A DNA stretch of 64,000 nucleotides from Clostridia bacterium (GTDB taxonomy: Bacteria; Bacillota; Clostridia; UMGS1883): assembly GCA_045594665.1 (NCBI GenBank), contig JAZNYX010000062.1, positions 15,951 to 79,950 on the forward strand, given 5' to 3'. The translations under genes were made by a program, and so were the position numbers. This document shows positions 36,589 through 47,608 of this stretch, piece after piece (the stretch's first letter is position 1; each line of letters opens with the position of its first letter). The notes beneath the pieces were generated by a model that saw only the letters and a program-made list of their open reading frames with translations, did no database searches and was not told where the DNA came from.

Positions 36589-37456
36589 GTCTTATCACCC
36601 TGCCGTCCGTTATGATTTTTTCCACTGTCCCCGGTCCTTTTCGTCCGCTTAATATTATAATTCTTTCAAAAATGTCCCTGTCGGCATATTGCTGGGAGCC
36701 TCCGTCACTGTAGCCGTGGGCTGTGGTTATAATTTTTGCTCCGCAGTTTACAAGACTGCGTATAGCATCGCCCTCACTGCGGCTTCCCGTCTCATCCGTA
36801 ATAATAACCTCAGGTGCCATGGTTCTGAGCATCATTAAAATTCCCTCCGCCTTGGGAACGCAGTCCATAACGCAGGTGTATTTTCCCACGTCATAGGAGG
36901 GGATGCCCTTTTTACACGCGGCAATTTCGCTTCTTTCATCTGCAATGCAGACCTTGTGGTTTTCTCCGAGCCGCCGTGCAATGTCCCGAAGCAATGTGGT
37001 CTTTCCGCACCCGGGAGGGGATATTATAAGCGTATTGTAAAGCCGTCCGTTACACTCAAGGTACTCCATAACCTCATTTGCCGCTCCCTTAACTTCCTTT
37101 GCCACACGGATGCAGATGGCGGAAATATCAGTAAGGTGAGTAACCTTTCCATTCTCTGTTACGCACCTGCCGCACACCCCCACCCGATGGCCTCCCGAAA
37201 GGGTGAGAAATCCCTGCACAAGGCTTGTCTGCATGGCATACATACTGCCCCGGCACATAGACCCTATAATTTTGTCAAGAGCTTCTTTAGTGATATGAAC
37301 TCCTGTGTCCATAAGCCTTCCGCTTTTTATTACCGCCGCATTTTTGTCTGCACAAAGGCGTATTTCCTGCATGTCCTTTGTCCCCATAATAAGCAATGTT
37401 TCCGTAAGGTTTACGGGGAAGTGCTGTGTAAATGCGTTTACGTACATAAGCTTCAT
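36581..37456 (-). CDS. spoIIIAA: stage III sporulation protein AA (secretion-type ATPase)
   Basis: ISPPGCGKTTLLRDIAR Walker A and IITDE Walker B. First gene of the operon. Confidence 0.9.
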   Translation of the reverse strand: MKLMYVNAFTQHFPVNLTETLLIMGTKDMQEIRLCADKNAAVIKSGRLMDTGVHITKEALDKIIGSMCRGSMYAMQTSLVQGFLTLSGGHRVGVCGRCVTENGKVTHLTDISAICIRVAKEVKGAANEVMEYLECNGRLYNTLIISPPGCGKTTLLRDIARRLGENHKVCIADERSEIAACKKGIPSYDVGKYTCVMDCVPKAEGILMMLRTMAPEVIITDETGSRSEGDAIRSLVNCGAKIITTAHGYSDGGSQQYADRDIFERIIILSGRKGPGTVEKIITDGRVIRRA

Positions 37457-37590
37457 CCTTTCGTTAGTTCAGTATATGGCGGTTAAAGGACAAAAATTAC
37501 CCCCATTAAAAAGATTTAAAAAATTAGCAAAAAACGTTATTGTATATTTTTGATATATTTGATAAAATAGAAGCATGTTTTATTTAAGGG

Positions 37591-38337
37591 ATGATTTATA
37601 TGCCGGGTATGGGCACAATAGTAAATATTATTTTGGTAACGGTTGGCTCGCTTTTGGGCCTGCTTCTTAAAAAAGCAATTCCCGAAAGACTGAAAATCAG
37701 CCTTACACAGGCTCTGGCTCTTGCCACAATGACAATCGGGCTGACGGGAATAATTACCGCCTGCTGCAGTGTTGGCGAAAAAGGAGCTTTAAAAAGCGAT
37801 TACATAATTCTAATGGTGCTGTCATTGGCTTTGGGGACACTAATCGGGGAGCTTATAAATATTGAAAAAAAGCTTGATGATATGGGAAGCTTCTTTCAGA
37901 AAAAATTCTCCCAGGACTCCTCCTCTACCTTTGCCGAGGGGTTTATTACGGCATCTTTGGTGTTTTGCGTAGGCTCGATGGCAATATTAGGCTCGCTTAA
38001 CGACGGAATCCTTCACGATCCCACAATTCTTATTACCAAAAGCCTTCTGGATATGATTATGGCAATGGTCTTTGCCTCGACCTTGGGAATAGGGGTAATG
38101 TTCTCAATAATTACAATTGCACTTTATCAGGGTCTGATAACGCTGTGTGCTTCATTTCTTGCACCGCTACTTACCGAGGCGGTTATTGCACAAATGTCCT
38201 TTGTGGGAAGTATACTTATCATGGGAATAGGCTTTAACTTCCTGTATAAGCCAAAGCTTAAGCTTGCAAACATGCTTCCGTCTATGTTTATTCCCCTTAT
38301 TTATTATTTGATTTTGCAATTAATGGAGGTACTTTAA
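37591..38337 (+). CDS. DUF554 family membrane protein
   Basis: MGTIVNIILVTVGSLLG N-terminus typical of DUF554 (YdfK/YqgA-like). Polytopic. Confidence 0.75.
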   Translation: MIYMPGMGTIVNIILVTVGSLLGLLLKKAIPERLKISLTQALALATMTIGLTGIITACCSVGEKGALKSDYIILMVLSLALGTLIGELINIEKKLDDMGSFFQKKFSQDSSSTFAEGFITASLVFCVGSMAILGSLNDGILHDPTILITKSLLDMIMAMVFASTLGIGVMFSIITIALYQGLITLCASFLAPLLTEAVIAQMSFVGSILIMGIGFNFLYKPKLKLANMLPSMFIPLIYYLILQLMEVL

Positions 38338-38338
38338 T

Positions 38339-39835
38339 ATGAATAGATGCGGCGGTGTATTAATGCACATTTCCTCTCTTCCCGGTCCTTTTGCCATAGG
38401 AACGCTGGGAAAGGGTGCAAGGGATTTTATAGATTTTCTGTCCTCCTGCAATTTCGGGGCGTGGCAGGTTCTGCCCTGCGGTCCTTGCGATGACTACAAT
38501 TCCCCCTACAGCGGAAAGAGTGCTTTTGCAGGGAATATTTATTTTATTGACCCCGAAATACTTATGGAGAAAAAGCTTTTAACCAAAAGCGATGTGGAGG
38601 AATGTAAATCCCCCGACATATATGTAACTGACTACGAGTTTTTAAAAAATTCCAGGGAGAAAATTTTCCGCAGAGCCTATTTACGCCTTTCCGATGAAAT
38701 GAAAGGCGAAATTGCAGATTTTTGCAGTAAAAATCCGTGGGTGGAAAATTACGCTCTTTTCTGTGCTCTTAAAGAAAAAAATGCACTCCTCCCCTGGTAT
38801 GAGTGGGAGGACACACTTAAGCTCCGCAATAAAGATGCTTTGGAAAAGGCAAAGGCGGAGCTTTCCGAGGATATTTCTTTCTACGAATTTTTGCAATGCG
38901 AGTTCTTTTCCCAGTGGGACAGCATGAAAAAGTACGCAGGCGAAAAGGGAATCTCCATTATCGGAGATATGCCCATTTACCTCTCCCACGACAGTGCCGA
39001 CGTGTGGGCAAATCCCAAGTTTTTCTCATTGGACGAGGATATGAACCTGAAAAGATGTGCAGGCGTTCCCCCCGATTACTTCTGCGAGGACGGGCAAAAA
39101 TGGGGCAACCCCCTCTACAACTGGGACAGTCTTAAGGAGGCAGGCTACAACCTGTGGATAGACCGTCTTGGATGCGCCCTTAAAATGTATGACGCCGTAA
39201 GAATTGACCACTTCCGTGCATTTTCCGCCTACTGGTCAATCCCTGCCGAAGAAAAGGCTACAGAGGGTAGATGGGAAAAAGGCCCCGGAATTGAATTTTT
39301 TAACAAGCTTAAAGAAAAATATCCCCATGCAAATATTATTGCCGAGGATTTGGGCGACATTGATGACGATGTGAGAAATCTGGTGAAAGAAACAGGCTTT
39401 CCCGGAATGGGCGTAATGCAGTTTGCATTTATTACAGATGATGACACGGTGCATCTCCCCCATAATTATACTAAAAACACTGTAGGCTATACGGGAACTC
39501 ACGATAACAATACCCTGCTGGGCTGGCTATGGGAATCCGATGAAGGCAGCCGCAGATATGCTATGGAATATTGCGATTTTCACGGCGACTGGGGACAGGG
39601 CGGCTTTCACAGCGGAGCTATAAGAAGCGTGATAAGAACGCTGTGGAGAAGCGGAGCAATTCTTACGATAGTCCCGATTCAGGATTTATGCGGCTTTGGC
39701 TCCGATACCTGCATGAACCACCCCGGAGTGGCAGAGGGGAACTGGTGCTTCAGAATTACCGAGGAGGCTCTGGCATCAGTTGATAAGGAATTTTACAGAA
39801 ATCTCAACGGACTTTATAAAAGAGGAAAAATGTAA
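38339..39835 (+). CDS. malQ: 4-alpha-glucanotransferase (amylomaltase, GH77)
   Basis: GVLMHISSLPG, RIDHFR, EDLG and YTGTHDN motifs. Confidence 0.9.
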   Translation: MNRCGGVLMHISSLPGPFAIGTLGKGARDFIDFLSSCNFGAWQVLPCGPCDDYNSPYSGKSAFAGNIYFIDPEILMEKKLLTKSDVEECKSPDIYVTDYEFLKNSREKIFRRAYLRLSDEMKGEIADFCSKNPWVENYALFCALKEKNALLPWYEWEDTLKLRNKDALEKAKAELSEDISFYEFLQCEFFSQWDSMKKYAGEKGISIIGDMPIYLSHDSADVWANPKFFSLDEDMNLKRCAGVPPDYFCEDGQKWGNPLYNWDSLKEAGYNLWIDRLGCALKMYDAVRIDHFRAFSAYWSIPAEEKATEGRWEKGPGIEFFNKLKEKYPHANIIAEDLGDIDDDVRNLVKETGFPGMGVMQFAFITDDDTVHLPHNYTKNTVGYTGTHDNNTLLGWLWESDEGSRRYAMEYCDFHGDWGQGGFHSGAIRSVIRTLWRSGAILTIVPIQDLCGFGSDTCMNHPGVAEGNWCFRITEEALASVDKEFYRNLNGLYKRGKM

Positions 39836-39907
39836 AATTTCCTCTTGACTTTACCACGCTAAAGTGGTAATATGATAATGCATTAAATAAAAAAGGAGAT
39901 TTTTACT

Positions 39908-40732
39908 ATGAAAAAATTACTTGCAATTGTACTTACGCTTATGCTTGCAGTTACGATGTTTGCAGGCTGCGGCACAGAAAAGGCAAACAACACAGCAAAC
40001 GAAAAGGACACCCTTGTTTGCGGCGTTACCATTTTTGAAAAGATGAATGAACAGGAAGCAGACGGCACATGGACAGGTTTTGAAACCGAGTTTGCTCAGG
40101 AAGTCGGAAAAATCATCGGTATGGATGTTGACTTCCAGGTTATTGACTGGTCTCAGAAATACAACGAGCTTAATTCAGGTGCAATCGACTGCGTATGGAA
40201 CGGCTTCACAGCTAACTCCTCCGACGAGGTAAACGGCGTAAGCGTAAAGCGTTCAGACCTTGTTGATTTCTCATACGGTTACATGCTTAATCAGCAGTGT
40301 GTGGTAACAAAGGCAGAAAATGCTTCTAAAATCACTTCCGAAGCTGACCTTAAAGGAAAGACAGCTTGCGTAGAAGGCGGCAGTGCAGGTGCATCCTATG
40401 CTTCTACTGTTACAGATGCTGACAAGATTTTCTCTACAACAGCACAGATCAATGCTTTTTCCGAAGTTAAGTCAGGTGCAGTTGATTTTGCAGTTGTTGA
40501 TATTATCCTTGCAAAGAACATCTGCGGTAATGGCGACTATAAGGACCTTGCTATTGCAGAAGCTATAGAGCTTGACAGCGAAATCTACGCTGTAGGCTTC
40601 AAGAAGGGAAGCGACCTTACTTCTAAGGTAAACGAAGCTATCAAAACACTTTCCGAAAACGGCAAGCTTATGGAAATTGCCGAAAAGTACGGCTTCGAAA
40701 ACTCAATTCAGGTATCAGAGAACATCGACTAA
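39908..40732 (+). CDS. amino-acid ABC transporter substrate-binding lipoprotein
   Basis: Lipobox MFAGC plus a family-3 SBP fold pattern. Followed by its permease and ATPase. Confidence 0.85.
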   Translation: MKKLLAIVLTLMLAVTMFAGCGTEKANNTANEKDTLVCGVTIFEKMNEQEADGTWTGFETEFAQEVGKIIGMDVDFQVIDWSQKYNELNSGAIDCVWNGFTANSSDEVNGVSVKRSDLVDFSYGYMLNQQCVVTKAENASKITSEADLKGKTACVEGGSAGASYASTVTDADKIFSTTAQINAFSEVKSGAVDFAVVDIILAKNICGNGDYKDLAIAEAIELDSEIYAVGFKKGSDLTSKVNEAIKTLSENGKLMEIAEKYGFENSIQVSENID

Positions 40733-40757
40733 TCTATAGATAAAGGAAAAAGTAATA

Positions 40758-41402
40758 ATGGAATTTTGGAACGTTACTTTAAGTTTACTTGCCGGTCTTG
40801 AAAACACCTGCTTAATCTTTGCGCTAACACTCGTGTTAGCGCTTCCTTTAGGTTTGATAATTTCATTCGGCTCAATGGCAAAATTTAAGCCCTTGGCTTA
40901 TCTTATCAGAACTTTTGTGTGGATAATCCGCGGTGTTCCGCTGATGCTTCAGATCATTATATTGTTCTATGTACCGGGCTTTGTTTTGGGGCAGCCGATA
41001 TTTACACGCTTTTCTTCGGTTGTAGCGGCTTTTGTGATTAACTACGCCTGCTACTTTTCCGAAATTTACAGAGGCGGTATCGAAAGCATTCCCAAAGGGC
41101 AGTATGAGGCAGGTCAGGTTCTCGGTATGACCAAGACGCAGGTATTCTTTAAAATAATACTTATGCAGGTAGTAAAGCGTATACTTGCACCTATGTCAAA
41201 CGAGGTTATAACTCTCGTTAAGGATACGGCTCTTGCCCGTACGATTATGATAGTGGAGCTTATTCAGGCAGCACAGAACTTTGCAGGCTACGGTCTGATG
41301 TGGCCGCTTTTCTACACGGCTGTTTTCTACCTTGCGTTTGTAGGAATTCTCACGCTTCTGTTTGCTTATTTAGAAAAGAAGCTTGACTATTACAGATGGT
41401 GA
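40758..41402 (+). CDS. amino-acid ABC transporter permease
   Basis: HisM/GlnP-type polytopic protein with an EAA-like loop (YEAGQVLGMTKTQVFFKIILMQ). Confidence 0.9.
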   Translation: MEFWNVTLSLLAGLENTCLIFALTLVLALPLGLIISFGSMAKFKPLAYLIRTFVWIIRGVPLMLQIIILFYVPGFVLGQPIFTRFSSVVAAFVINYACYFSEIYRGGIESIPKGQYEAGQVLGMTKTQVFFKIILMQVVKRILAPMSNEVITLVKDTALARTIMIVELIQAAQNFAGYGLMWPLFYTAVFYLAFVGILTLLFAYLEKKLDYYRW

Positions 41403-41412
41403 GGTGACAGAC

Positions 41413-42198
41413 ATGAGTATGCTTGAAGTAAAAAATATAACAAAAAGCTTCGGAAAGGTTGAAGTATTAAAGGATGTCAGCTTTTCCCTTGAGCAGGGGC
41501 AGGTAATGAGTATTCTCGGCTCTTCCGGCAGCGGTAAGACAACACTTCTTCGCTGTATAAATTTCCTTGAAGATGCTGATAACGGACAGATTTTTGTGGA
41601 CGGTGAATGTATTTTTGACGGCAGTGCAGAAAAAAAGCTGACCGCAAAGGAGATAAGGGCAAATCAGCTTCATTTCGGGCTGGTGTTCCAGTCGTTCAAT
41701 CTGTTCCCCCAGTATACGGCTCTTGAAAATGTAACCCTTGCTCCAAAGCTATTGGCAAAGGAACGCCCCGATTATAAAGAAAAGAAAAAGGAAATTCATG
41801 CCGAAATAGAAGAAAAGGCAAAGGCGCTTTTAGAACGTGTAGGTCTTTCCGACAGAGCAAACCACTACCCTTGTCAGCTTTCGGGCGGACAGCAGCAGCG
41901 TGTTTCCATTGCACGTGCGTTGGCACTTAACCCCAAGGTTTTGTTCTTTGATGAGCCTACAAGTGCCCTTGACCCCGAGCTTACGGGTGAAATTCTCAGA
42001 GTTATCCGTGACCTTGCCCAAAAGGATGTAACAATGGTTATCGTAACCCACGAAATAGAATTTGCAAGAGGCGTTTCAGACCGCATTATATTTATGGCTG
42101 ACGGCGTTGTGCTTGAGGATGGAACTCCCGAAGAAGTTCTCGATAAACCGAAAAATGAGAAAACACGCCATTTCCTTAACAAATTAATTGAAAATTAA
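41413..42198 (+). CDS. amino-acid ABC transporter ATP-binding protein
   Basis: [26 protein letters not shown] and LFFDEPTSALD motifs. Confidence 0.95.
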   Translation: MSMLEVKNITKSFGKVEVLKDVSFSLEQGQVMSILGSSGSGKTTLLRCINFLEDADNGQIFVDGECIFDGSAEKKLTAKEIRANQLHFGLVFQSFNLFPQYTALENVTLAPKLLAKERPDYKEKKKEIHAEIEEKAKALLERVGLSDRANHYPCQLSGGQQQRVSIARALALNPKVLFFDEPTSALDPELTGEILRVIRDLAQKDVTMVIVTHEIEFARGVSDRIIFMADGVVLEDGTPEEVLDKPKNEKTRHFLNKLIEN

Positions 42199-42203
42199 AG
42201 GAA

Positions 42204-42485
42204 TTGATGAATATGACAAAACCCAATGACTTTAAAGAATTATATAACGCAATACTTTCTCTTGAAAGCGAGGAGGAGTGCAGATTATTTTTCGAAGATA
42301 TCTGCACAATGAAAGAGCTTGAAACCATGTCGCAAAGGCTTGAGGTGGCAAAGATGCTTTTGGAGGGAAAAACCTTCAACGAAATTGTAAGTGCTACGGG
42401 AGCATCAACCACAACAATTTCACGCGTGAACCGTTGCCTTAATTATGGCGACGGAGGATATAGGGCGGTAATTGAGAAAATGTAA
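42204..42485 (+). CDS. yerC: YerC/YecD family TrpR-like protein
   Basis: ELETMSQRLEVAKML..G.....I...TGASTTTISRV motif. Confidence 0.8.
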   Translation: MMNMTKPNDFKELYNAILSLESEEECRLFFEDICTMKELETMSQRLEVAKMLLEGKTFNEIVSATGASTTTISRVNRCLNYGDGGYRAVIEKM

Positions 42486-42496
42486 AATTCATAATT

Positions 42497-42545
42497 AAGA
42501 GGGAAGAAAAAAGTCAATCTTTTTTCTTCCCTCTTTTCCGTTTTT
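42497..42545 (+). terminator. intrinsic terminator after yerC
   Basis: AAGAGGGAAGAAAAAAG-TCAA-TCTTTTTTCTTCCCTCTT followed by a T-rich run. Confidence 0.7.
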
Positions 42546-42556
42546 CAGCCAAATAA

Positions 42557-42662
42557 GGAGCGACAAGAATTGGTGCAGAACGGACAAACGGAACCCCGAA
42601 GGGGCTTGCCCGAAGCTGTATGTGTATACAGCGAGCGGTGACGGTTGTTCGTAGTATAGGGC
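42557..42662 (+). repeat. structured dispersed repeat, copy A (~106 nt)
   Basis: The 43-nt core at 42573-42615 equals the reverse complement of 61237-61279 with 1 mismatch. Flanks are also related. The internal hairpin at 42616-42631 differs from copy B but stays palindromic. Confidence 0.8.
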
Positions 42663-42790
42663 ATATCATAAAATAAAATTTGCAACTGCAAATTTTCACC
42701 TATTGCAATACACCAAAGTTCAAAACTGCATACGGCTTATTAATCTTTACTTGCCCTATACGTTCTGTGCCGGTTATCGTCGCTCCCAAG

Positions 42791-43459
42791 TTAATTACAA
42801 AATACGTGCTCACCGATTGTACATATAACTTCTCTCGTTCTTATCCACTGATTTGTAGCCGTTCTGGGATTATAATAATATATTGCTCCCCCCGTAGGGT
42901 CCCAGCCGTTTAGTGCATCACGTGCGGCACGATGGCTGCTTGCATACATTTCTGCATTTATCTGCCCGTCATCTACGGCGGTAAAAGCACCCTTCTGATA
43001 TACCACTCCCGAAATGGAATTGGGAAAAGAGGGATGATCCACTCTGTTTAATACTACCGCACCTACGGCTACCTGCCCTTCGTACGGCTCGCCCCTTGCC
43101 TCTCCGTTAATTACTCGTGCGAGGAGTTCAATATTTGCCTCATTGGGGGAAGAAGATGAAGCACCTCCCCCCGAAGATGAGGAAGAATAGATACCCATTG
43201 CATTAAGGGTTTTTGTGCCTGCAACTCCGTCAACGGTTAATCCGTTTTTCTTTTGGAAGCTACGGACTGCACTTTCGGTCTGCCATCCGTAGACTCCGTC
43301 CACACTTCCGTTGTAATATCCCCAGTTTTTAAGCTTCGTCTGAATTTTGCGGACTTCTTCACCGCGGGAACCGTTTTTTGATACGGCAAGCACGTTGAGG
43401 CATACGGCAAAAAGCAAAATCACCGCAGAAGCTATGGCATATATACGTTTTTTCGGCAT
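42791..43459 (-). CDS. sleB: SleB-like spore cortex-lytic cell wall hydrolase with a PG-binding domain
   Basis: N-terminal anchor, PG_binding_1 (GEEVRKIQTKLKNWGYY.G.VDGVYG..T..AV..FQ) and Hydrolase_2 (LLARVINGEARGEPYEGQVAVGAVVLNRV). Confidence 0.85.
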   Translation of the reverse strand: MPKKRIYAIASAVILLFAVCLNVLAVSKNGSRGEEVRKIQTKLKNWGYYNGSVDGVYGWQTESAVRSFQKKNGLTVDGVAGTKTLNAMGIYSSSSSGGGASSSSPNEANIELLARVINGEARGEPYEGQVAVGAVVLNRVDHPSFPNSISGVVYQKGAFTAVDDGQINAEMYASSHRAARDALNGWDPTGGAIYYYNPRTATNQWIRTREVICTIGEHVFCN

Positions 43460-43616
43460 ATGACGCCTCCCTTTCTAAGTATTACTAATTTCATTTTTGA
43501 CAAAGAGGCGTTTTTTATTCAGTATTTGTGCTTTTTTTGGAATTTCACCCTTTTAAAGCTAAAAAACTGTAGACATATATTTTTTTCTGTGATAAAATAT
43601 TATGGATAATGGATAG

Positions 43617-43799
43617 GTGGGTGGTTTTTTGAGCATTAAGGGAATAATTTTTTTAATCGTGGCACTCGGGGGATTGATTTTGAACTTTTCTTCTTCCAAG
43701 GTTTCCGAAAAAACGAATATTTCCGAGCTTAGAATAAAGCTCACTGCACTTGCCGTAGTTTTTATATCGGCAATACTTCTTTTTATCTTTGGTAAATAA
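43617..43799 (+). CDS. possible small two-TM membrane protein (60 aa)
   Basis: ORF with two hydrophobic segments upstream of valS. No strong RBS seen. Confidence 0.3.
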   Translation: MGGFLSIKGIIFLIVALGGLILNFSSSKVSEKTNISELRIKLTALAVVFISAILLFIFGK

Positions 43800-43820
43800 A
43801 TCTGAAAGGATGGATATATA

Positions 43821-46442
43821 TTGAAAAACCTGGAAAAAACCTATAATCCGTCAGAAATTGAAGACAAGCTTTATAAAAAATGGATTGACGGCGGATATTT
43901 CCACGCAGAGCCTGACAGCAAAAAGGAGCCTTACACAATTGTAATTCCTCCGCCCAATGTTACGGGTCAGCTTCATATGGGACATGCTCTTGACGAGACT
44001 CTTCAGGACGTTTTAATCCGTTACAAGAGAATGCAGGGCTACAGTGCCCTTTGGGTTCCCGGAACAGACCATGCAGGTATTGCAACACAGATTAAGGTTG
44101 AGGAAAGTCTCCGTGTAAACGAAGGTCTTACCCGTTACGATTTGGGAAGAGAAAAATTCCTTGAAAGAGTATGGGACTGGAAGAATAAATTCGGTGACCG
44201 TATCATCAATCAGCTCAAGAAGCTCGGTTGCTCATGTGACTGGGAAAGAGAACGCTTCACAATGGATGAGGGATGCTCTAAGGCTGTAAGAGAGGTTTTC
44301 GTAAACCTCTACGAAAAAGGTCTTATCTACAAGGGTAACAAGATTATTAACTGGTGTCCCAGTTGTGCTACGGCACTTTCCGATGCCGAGGTAGAATATA
44401 CCGAGCAGCCCGGTCATTTCTGGCATATCCGTTATAAGATGAGCGATTCCGATCGCTACATCGAAATTGCTACCACCCGTCCCGAAACACTTCTGGGCGA
44501 TACTGCAATCGCAGTTCATCCCGAAGACGAAAGATATGCGGATTTGGTTGGAAAAACCTGTATTCTTCCTCTTGTTGGAAGAGAAATCCCCATTGTTGCC
44601 GACGAGTATGTTGAAAAGGATTTCGGAACAGGTGCGGTTAAGATTACCCCTGCTCACGACCCCAATGACTTTGAGGTGGGATTAAGGCATAATCTTCCCA
44701 TTATCAACGTGATGAATGACGATGCTTCCATCAACGCACAGGGCGGTAAGTATGAGGGCATGGATCGCTACGAAGCACGCAAACAGATTGTAAAAGACCT
44801 TGAGGAATGCGGTGCTCTTATAAAGATTGAAGATTACACTCATAACGTTGGTACATGCTACCGCTGCTCTACTACGGTTGAGCCGCTTACAAGCGACCAG
44901 TGGTTTGTTAAAATGAAGCCCTTGGCAGAAGAAGCTCTCCGAGTAGTTCGTGACGGTGAGGTGCAGTTCGTTCCCGAACGATTCACAAAAACATACACCA
45001 ACTGGATGGAAAATGTACATGACTGGTGTATTTCCCGTCAGCTCTGGTGGGGACACAGAATCCCTGCTTTCTACTGCGACAAGTGCGGTGAAATGATTGT
45101 CAGCAAGACTGACCTTGACACATGTCCCAAGTGCGGCGGTGCTATGCGTCAGGAAGAAGACGTTCTTGACACATGGTTCTCATCGGCACTGTGGCCTTTC
45201 TCAACACTCGGGTGGCCCGATGAAACTCCTGAGCTTAAATACTACTATCCCACAAGCACCCTTGTTACGGGATATGACATTATTTTCTTCTGGGTTGCAA
45301 GAATGATATTCAGCGGATGCGAGCATATGAAAAAGCCCCCGTTCCGCCACGTATTCATTCACGGTATTGTACGTGACAGCCAGGGAAGAAAGATGAGTAA
45401 ATCCTTGGGTAACGGTATCGACCCCTTGGAGGTTATTGATAAATACGGTGCAGATGCACTTCGTTTCACCCTTGCTACAGGTAACGCACCCGGAAACGAC
45501 ATGCGTTTCTATTGGGAAAGAGTTGAATCAAGCAGAAACTTTGCAAATAAGATCTGGAATGCGGCAAGATTCGTTCTGATGAACCTTGAAGTAGAAGAAT
45601 GTACTCTTCCCAAAGCTCCTCAGATTGAGGATAAGTGGATTATTTCACGCTACAACAGCGTTGTTAAATCCGTTACCGAAAATCTTGACAAGTTTGAGCT
45701 TGGCGTAGCACTGGGCAATCTTTACGACTTTGTTTGGGACGAATTCTGCGATTGGTATATTGAGCTTGTAAAGCCCCGCCTTTACGGAGAAAATACCGAG
45801 AGCAAGCTTGATGCACAAAGAACGCTTTGCTACGTGCTGAGCGGTGTTCTGAAGCTTCTTCATCCCTTTATGCCTTTCATTACGGAAGAAATATTCTGTG
45901 CGCTTCCCACAGGCGAGGAAACAATTATGACTTCTCAGTGGCCTCTTTATACAGAAATGCTTTCCTTCCCCGAAGAAGAAAAGAAGATGGCTGTTATATG
46001 CGATGCAATAAAGAGTGTGCGTAATATCAGAACGGAAATGAATGTTCCTCCGTCAAGAAGGGCAAGCATGATTATCGTAACAGATAATACTGAGCTTTTT
46101 GAAAGCGGCACATTGTTCTATGAAAAGCTTGCAGGTGCAAAGGATGTTGTTATAACATCTACAGAGGAAAACGTTCCCGAAGGTAGCGTAAGCGTAATCG
46201 TTGAGGGTGCAAAGATATTTATGCCCATGGATGAGCTTATTGACACCGAAAAGGAAAAAGAGCGTCTTACGAAGGAAAAAGAACGCCTGGAAGCTGAAAT
46301 TGACAGAGTGGAAAAGAAGCTTGCAAATAAGGGCTTCGTTGAAAAAGCCCCTGCCAAATTAATTGAAGAAGAAAAGGCAAAGGGCGTTAAGTATAAGGAA
46401 ATGTATGAGAAAGTAATAGAATCATTGAGCAAATTAAATTAA
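43821..46442 (+). CDS. valS: valine--tRNA ligase
   Basis: [13 protein letters not shown] (HIGH), KMSKS and a C-terminal coiled coil. TTG start with AAAGGA upstream. Confidence 0.97.
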   Translation: MKNLEKTYNPSEIEDKLYKKWIDGGYFHAEPDSKKEPYTIVIPPPNVTGQLHMGHALDETLQDVLIRYKRMQGYSALWVPGTDHAGIATQIKVEESLRVNEGLTRYDLGREKFLERVWDWKNKFGDRIINQLKKLGCSCDWERERFTMDEGCSKAVREVFVNLYEKGLIYKGNKIINWCPSCATALSDAEVEYTEQPGHFWHIRYKMSDSDRYIEIATTRPETLLGDTAIAVHPEDERYADLVGKTCILPLVGREIPIVADEYVEKDFGTGAVKITPAHDPNDFEVGLRHNLPIINVMNDDASINAQGGKYEGMDRYEARKQIVKDLEECGALIKIEDYTHNVGTCYRCSTTVEPLTSDQWFVKMKPLAEEALRVVRDGEVQFVPERFTKTYTNWMENVHDWCISRQLWWGHRIPAFYCDKCGEMIVSKTDLDTCPKCGGAMRQEEDVLDTWFSSALWPFSTLGWPDETPELKYYYPTSTLVTGYDIIFFWVARMIFSGCEHMKKPPFRHVFIHGIVRDSQGRKMSKSLGNGIDPLEVIDKYGADALRFTLATGNAPGNDMRFYWERVESSRNFANKIWNAARFVLMNLEVEECTLPKAPQIEDKWIISRYNSVVKSVTENLDKFELGVALGNLYDFVWDEFCDWYIELVKPRLYGENTESKLDAQRTLCYVLSGVLKLLHPFMPFITEEIFCALPTGEETIMTSQWPLYTEMLSFPEEEKKMAVICDAIKSVRNIRTEMNVPPSRRASMIIVTDNTELFESGTLFYEKLAGAKDVVITSTEENVPEGSVSVIVEGAKIFMPMDELIDTEKEKERLTKEKERLEAEIDRVEKKLANKGFVEKAPAKLIEEEKAKGVKYKEMYEKVIESLSKLN

Positions 46443-46470
46443 TTTGCTCAATGATTCCAAATGCCAATAA

Positions 46471-46514
46471 AAAACGCGGTGTGAAAAAGTCAAACTTTTT
46501 CACACCGCGTTTTT
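46471..46514. terminator. bidirectional intrinsic terminator between valS and a convergent membrane gene
   Basis: AAAACGCGGTGTGAAAAAG-TCAA-ACTTTTTCACACCGCGTTTT. Confidence 0.75.
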
Positions 46515-46521
46515 ATACGCT

Positions 46522-47556
46522 TTATCTTTTTTGCAGACTGGGTATATGCCGTCTTAAAATAGGCTTACGTGACATTCTGAAAGCCTTAGAGCGATATTCA
46601 ACACGGAATTCAAATTCCTTTCTTTTATATCTGCGGCATAAAAGTCCTGAAAGGAGCAAAATAACTGCAATAAATAAATGTACAAGTGCCGAAGAATAAA
46701 TCTGGGACAATTTCTCTATGTAGTCAACTCCCGAAAGATATTCAATGCTGAATATCTGCATGGGCATTGCAAAGAGATAAATGTATTTTTGAAGTCCCGA
46801 AATCGAAAGCCAAATAAGAGAGCATGCCGCAAAAATTCCGTAGGAGGCTATGCTTATCAGGCAATAATCCGAGAATTTGTTGAAAACGGAGTAGAATATA
46901 CGCTGCACTCTGAAAAGCAAAATGAGAAATGCTCCGAAAGAGATTATCATACAAAGAAACATTACCGCAGGCATGTGACTCGCGGACACAATGTTGTCTA
47001 AAATCAAGCTCTTAATTAAAATAATCGGCAAAGAACAGCAAATAGAAATTGCACCGAACATAAGTGCTCGCTTTGTTATTTCATCGGCAATAATGGGGAA
47101 TCGTGAAAAACGGCACAGTTCCACCGCAGAAAGAAAAGCGGAGAATAAAACTGCGAAAAGCACGCAGGAAACACGCAGCGTCTGTGTATCATACACAAAG
47201 GCTCTGAAAAGCGCGAAAAGAACAATTCCTACAAAAGCACCAAACAAAAGCTTTGAAAAGAAAACCTTGTATATATACGACGGAACAACCAAAATTTTCT
47301 TTTGCTCTGTCGGAACTGTGCGGAAAGTTTTCTTTTTTATCTTTGACGGATTTTCTTTGTCATGGAAGAACACGTTTACATAGTGACGGGGCTTTTTCAG
47401 AACAAAAGAATGAATTAGGGCAATAGGAAACAGCAGCACGCTGTATACATACCATTTTGAAAAGCTCCGCTCTCTTTTTGCCGCAACCATTGCAGGTAAG
47501 AAAGCCGCCAAGAAAACACATAAAGATGAATATACAAAATAATATCTCAGTGACAT
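46522..47556 (-). CDS. hypothetical polytopic membrane protein (344 aa)
   Basis: Long ORF with many hydrophobic helices and a basic C-terminal tail. No family recognised. Confidence 0.6.
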   Translation of the reverse strand: MSLRYYFVYSSLCVFLAAFLPAMVAAKRERSFSKWYVYSVLLFPIALIHSFVLKKPRHYVNVFFHDKENPSKIKKKTFRTVPTEQKKILVVPSYIYKVFFSKLLFGAFVGIVLFALFRAFVYDTQTLRVSCVLFAVLFSAFLSAVELCRFSRFPIIADEITKRALMFGAISICCSLPIILIKSLILDNIVSASHMPAVMFLCMIISFGAFLILLFRVQRIFYSVFNKFSDYCLISIASYGIFAACSLIWLSISGLQKYIYLFAMPMQIFSIEYLSGVDYIEKLSQIYSSALVHLFIAVILLLSGLLCRRYKRKEFEFRVEYRSKAFRMSRKPILRRHIPSLQKR

Positions 47557-47608
47557 AAACGCATCACTTCCTTAGTTTAAAGTAAAGGTGTTGGACGTAT
47601 AAGCTTTA

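Noticed and set aside
42514-42699. 61-aa ORF here, and the 78-aa ORF at 61172..61408
   Set aside because: Both are generated by the same structured repeat read in opposite orientation. The shared peptide similarity (..SPFG..) reflects DNA repeat identity, not a conserved protein.
43460-43820. T-box leaders upstream of valS (and upstream of proS at 49046-49183)
   Set aside because: The conserved T-box sequence (AGGGTGGNACCGCG-like) was not found, and the proS leader is too short.
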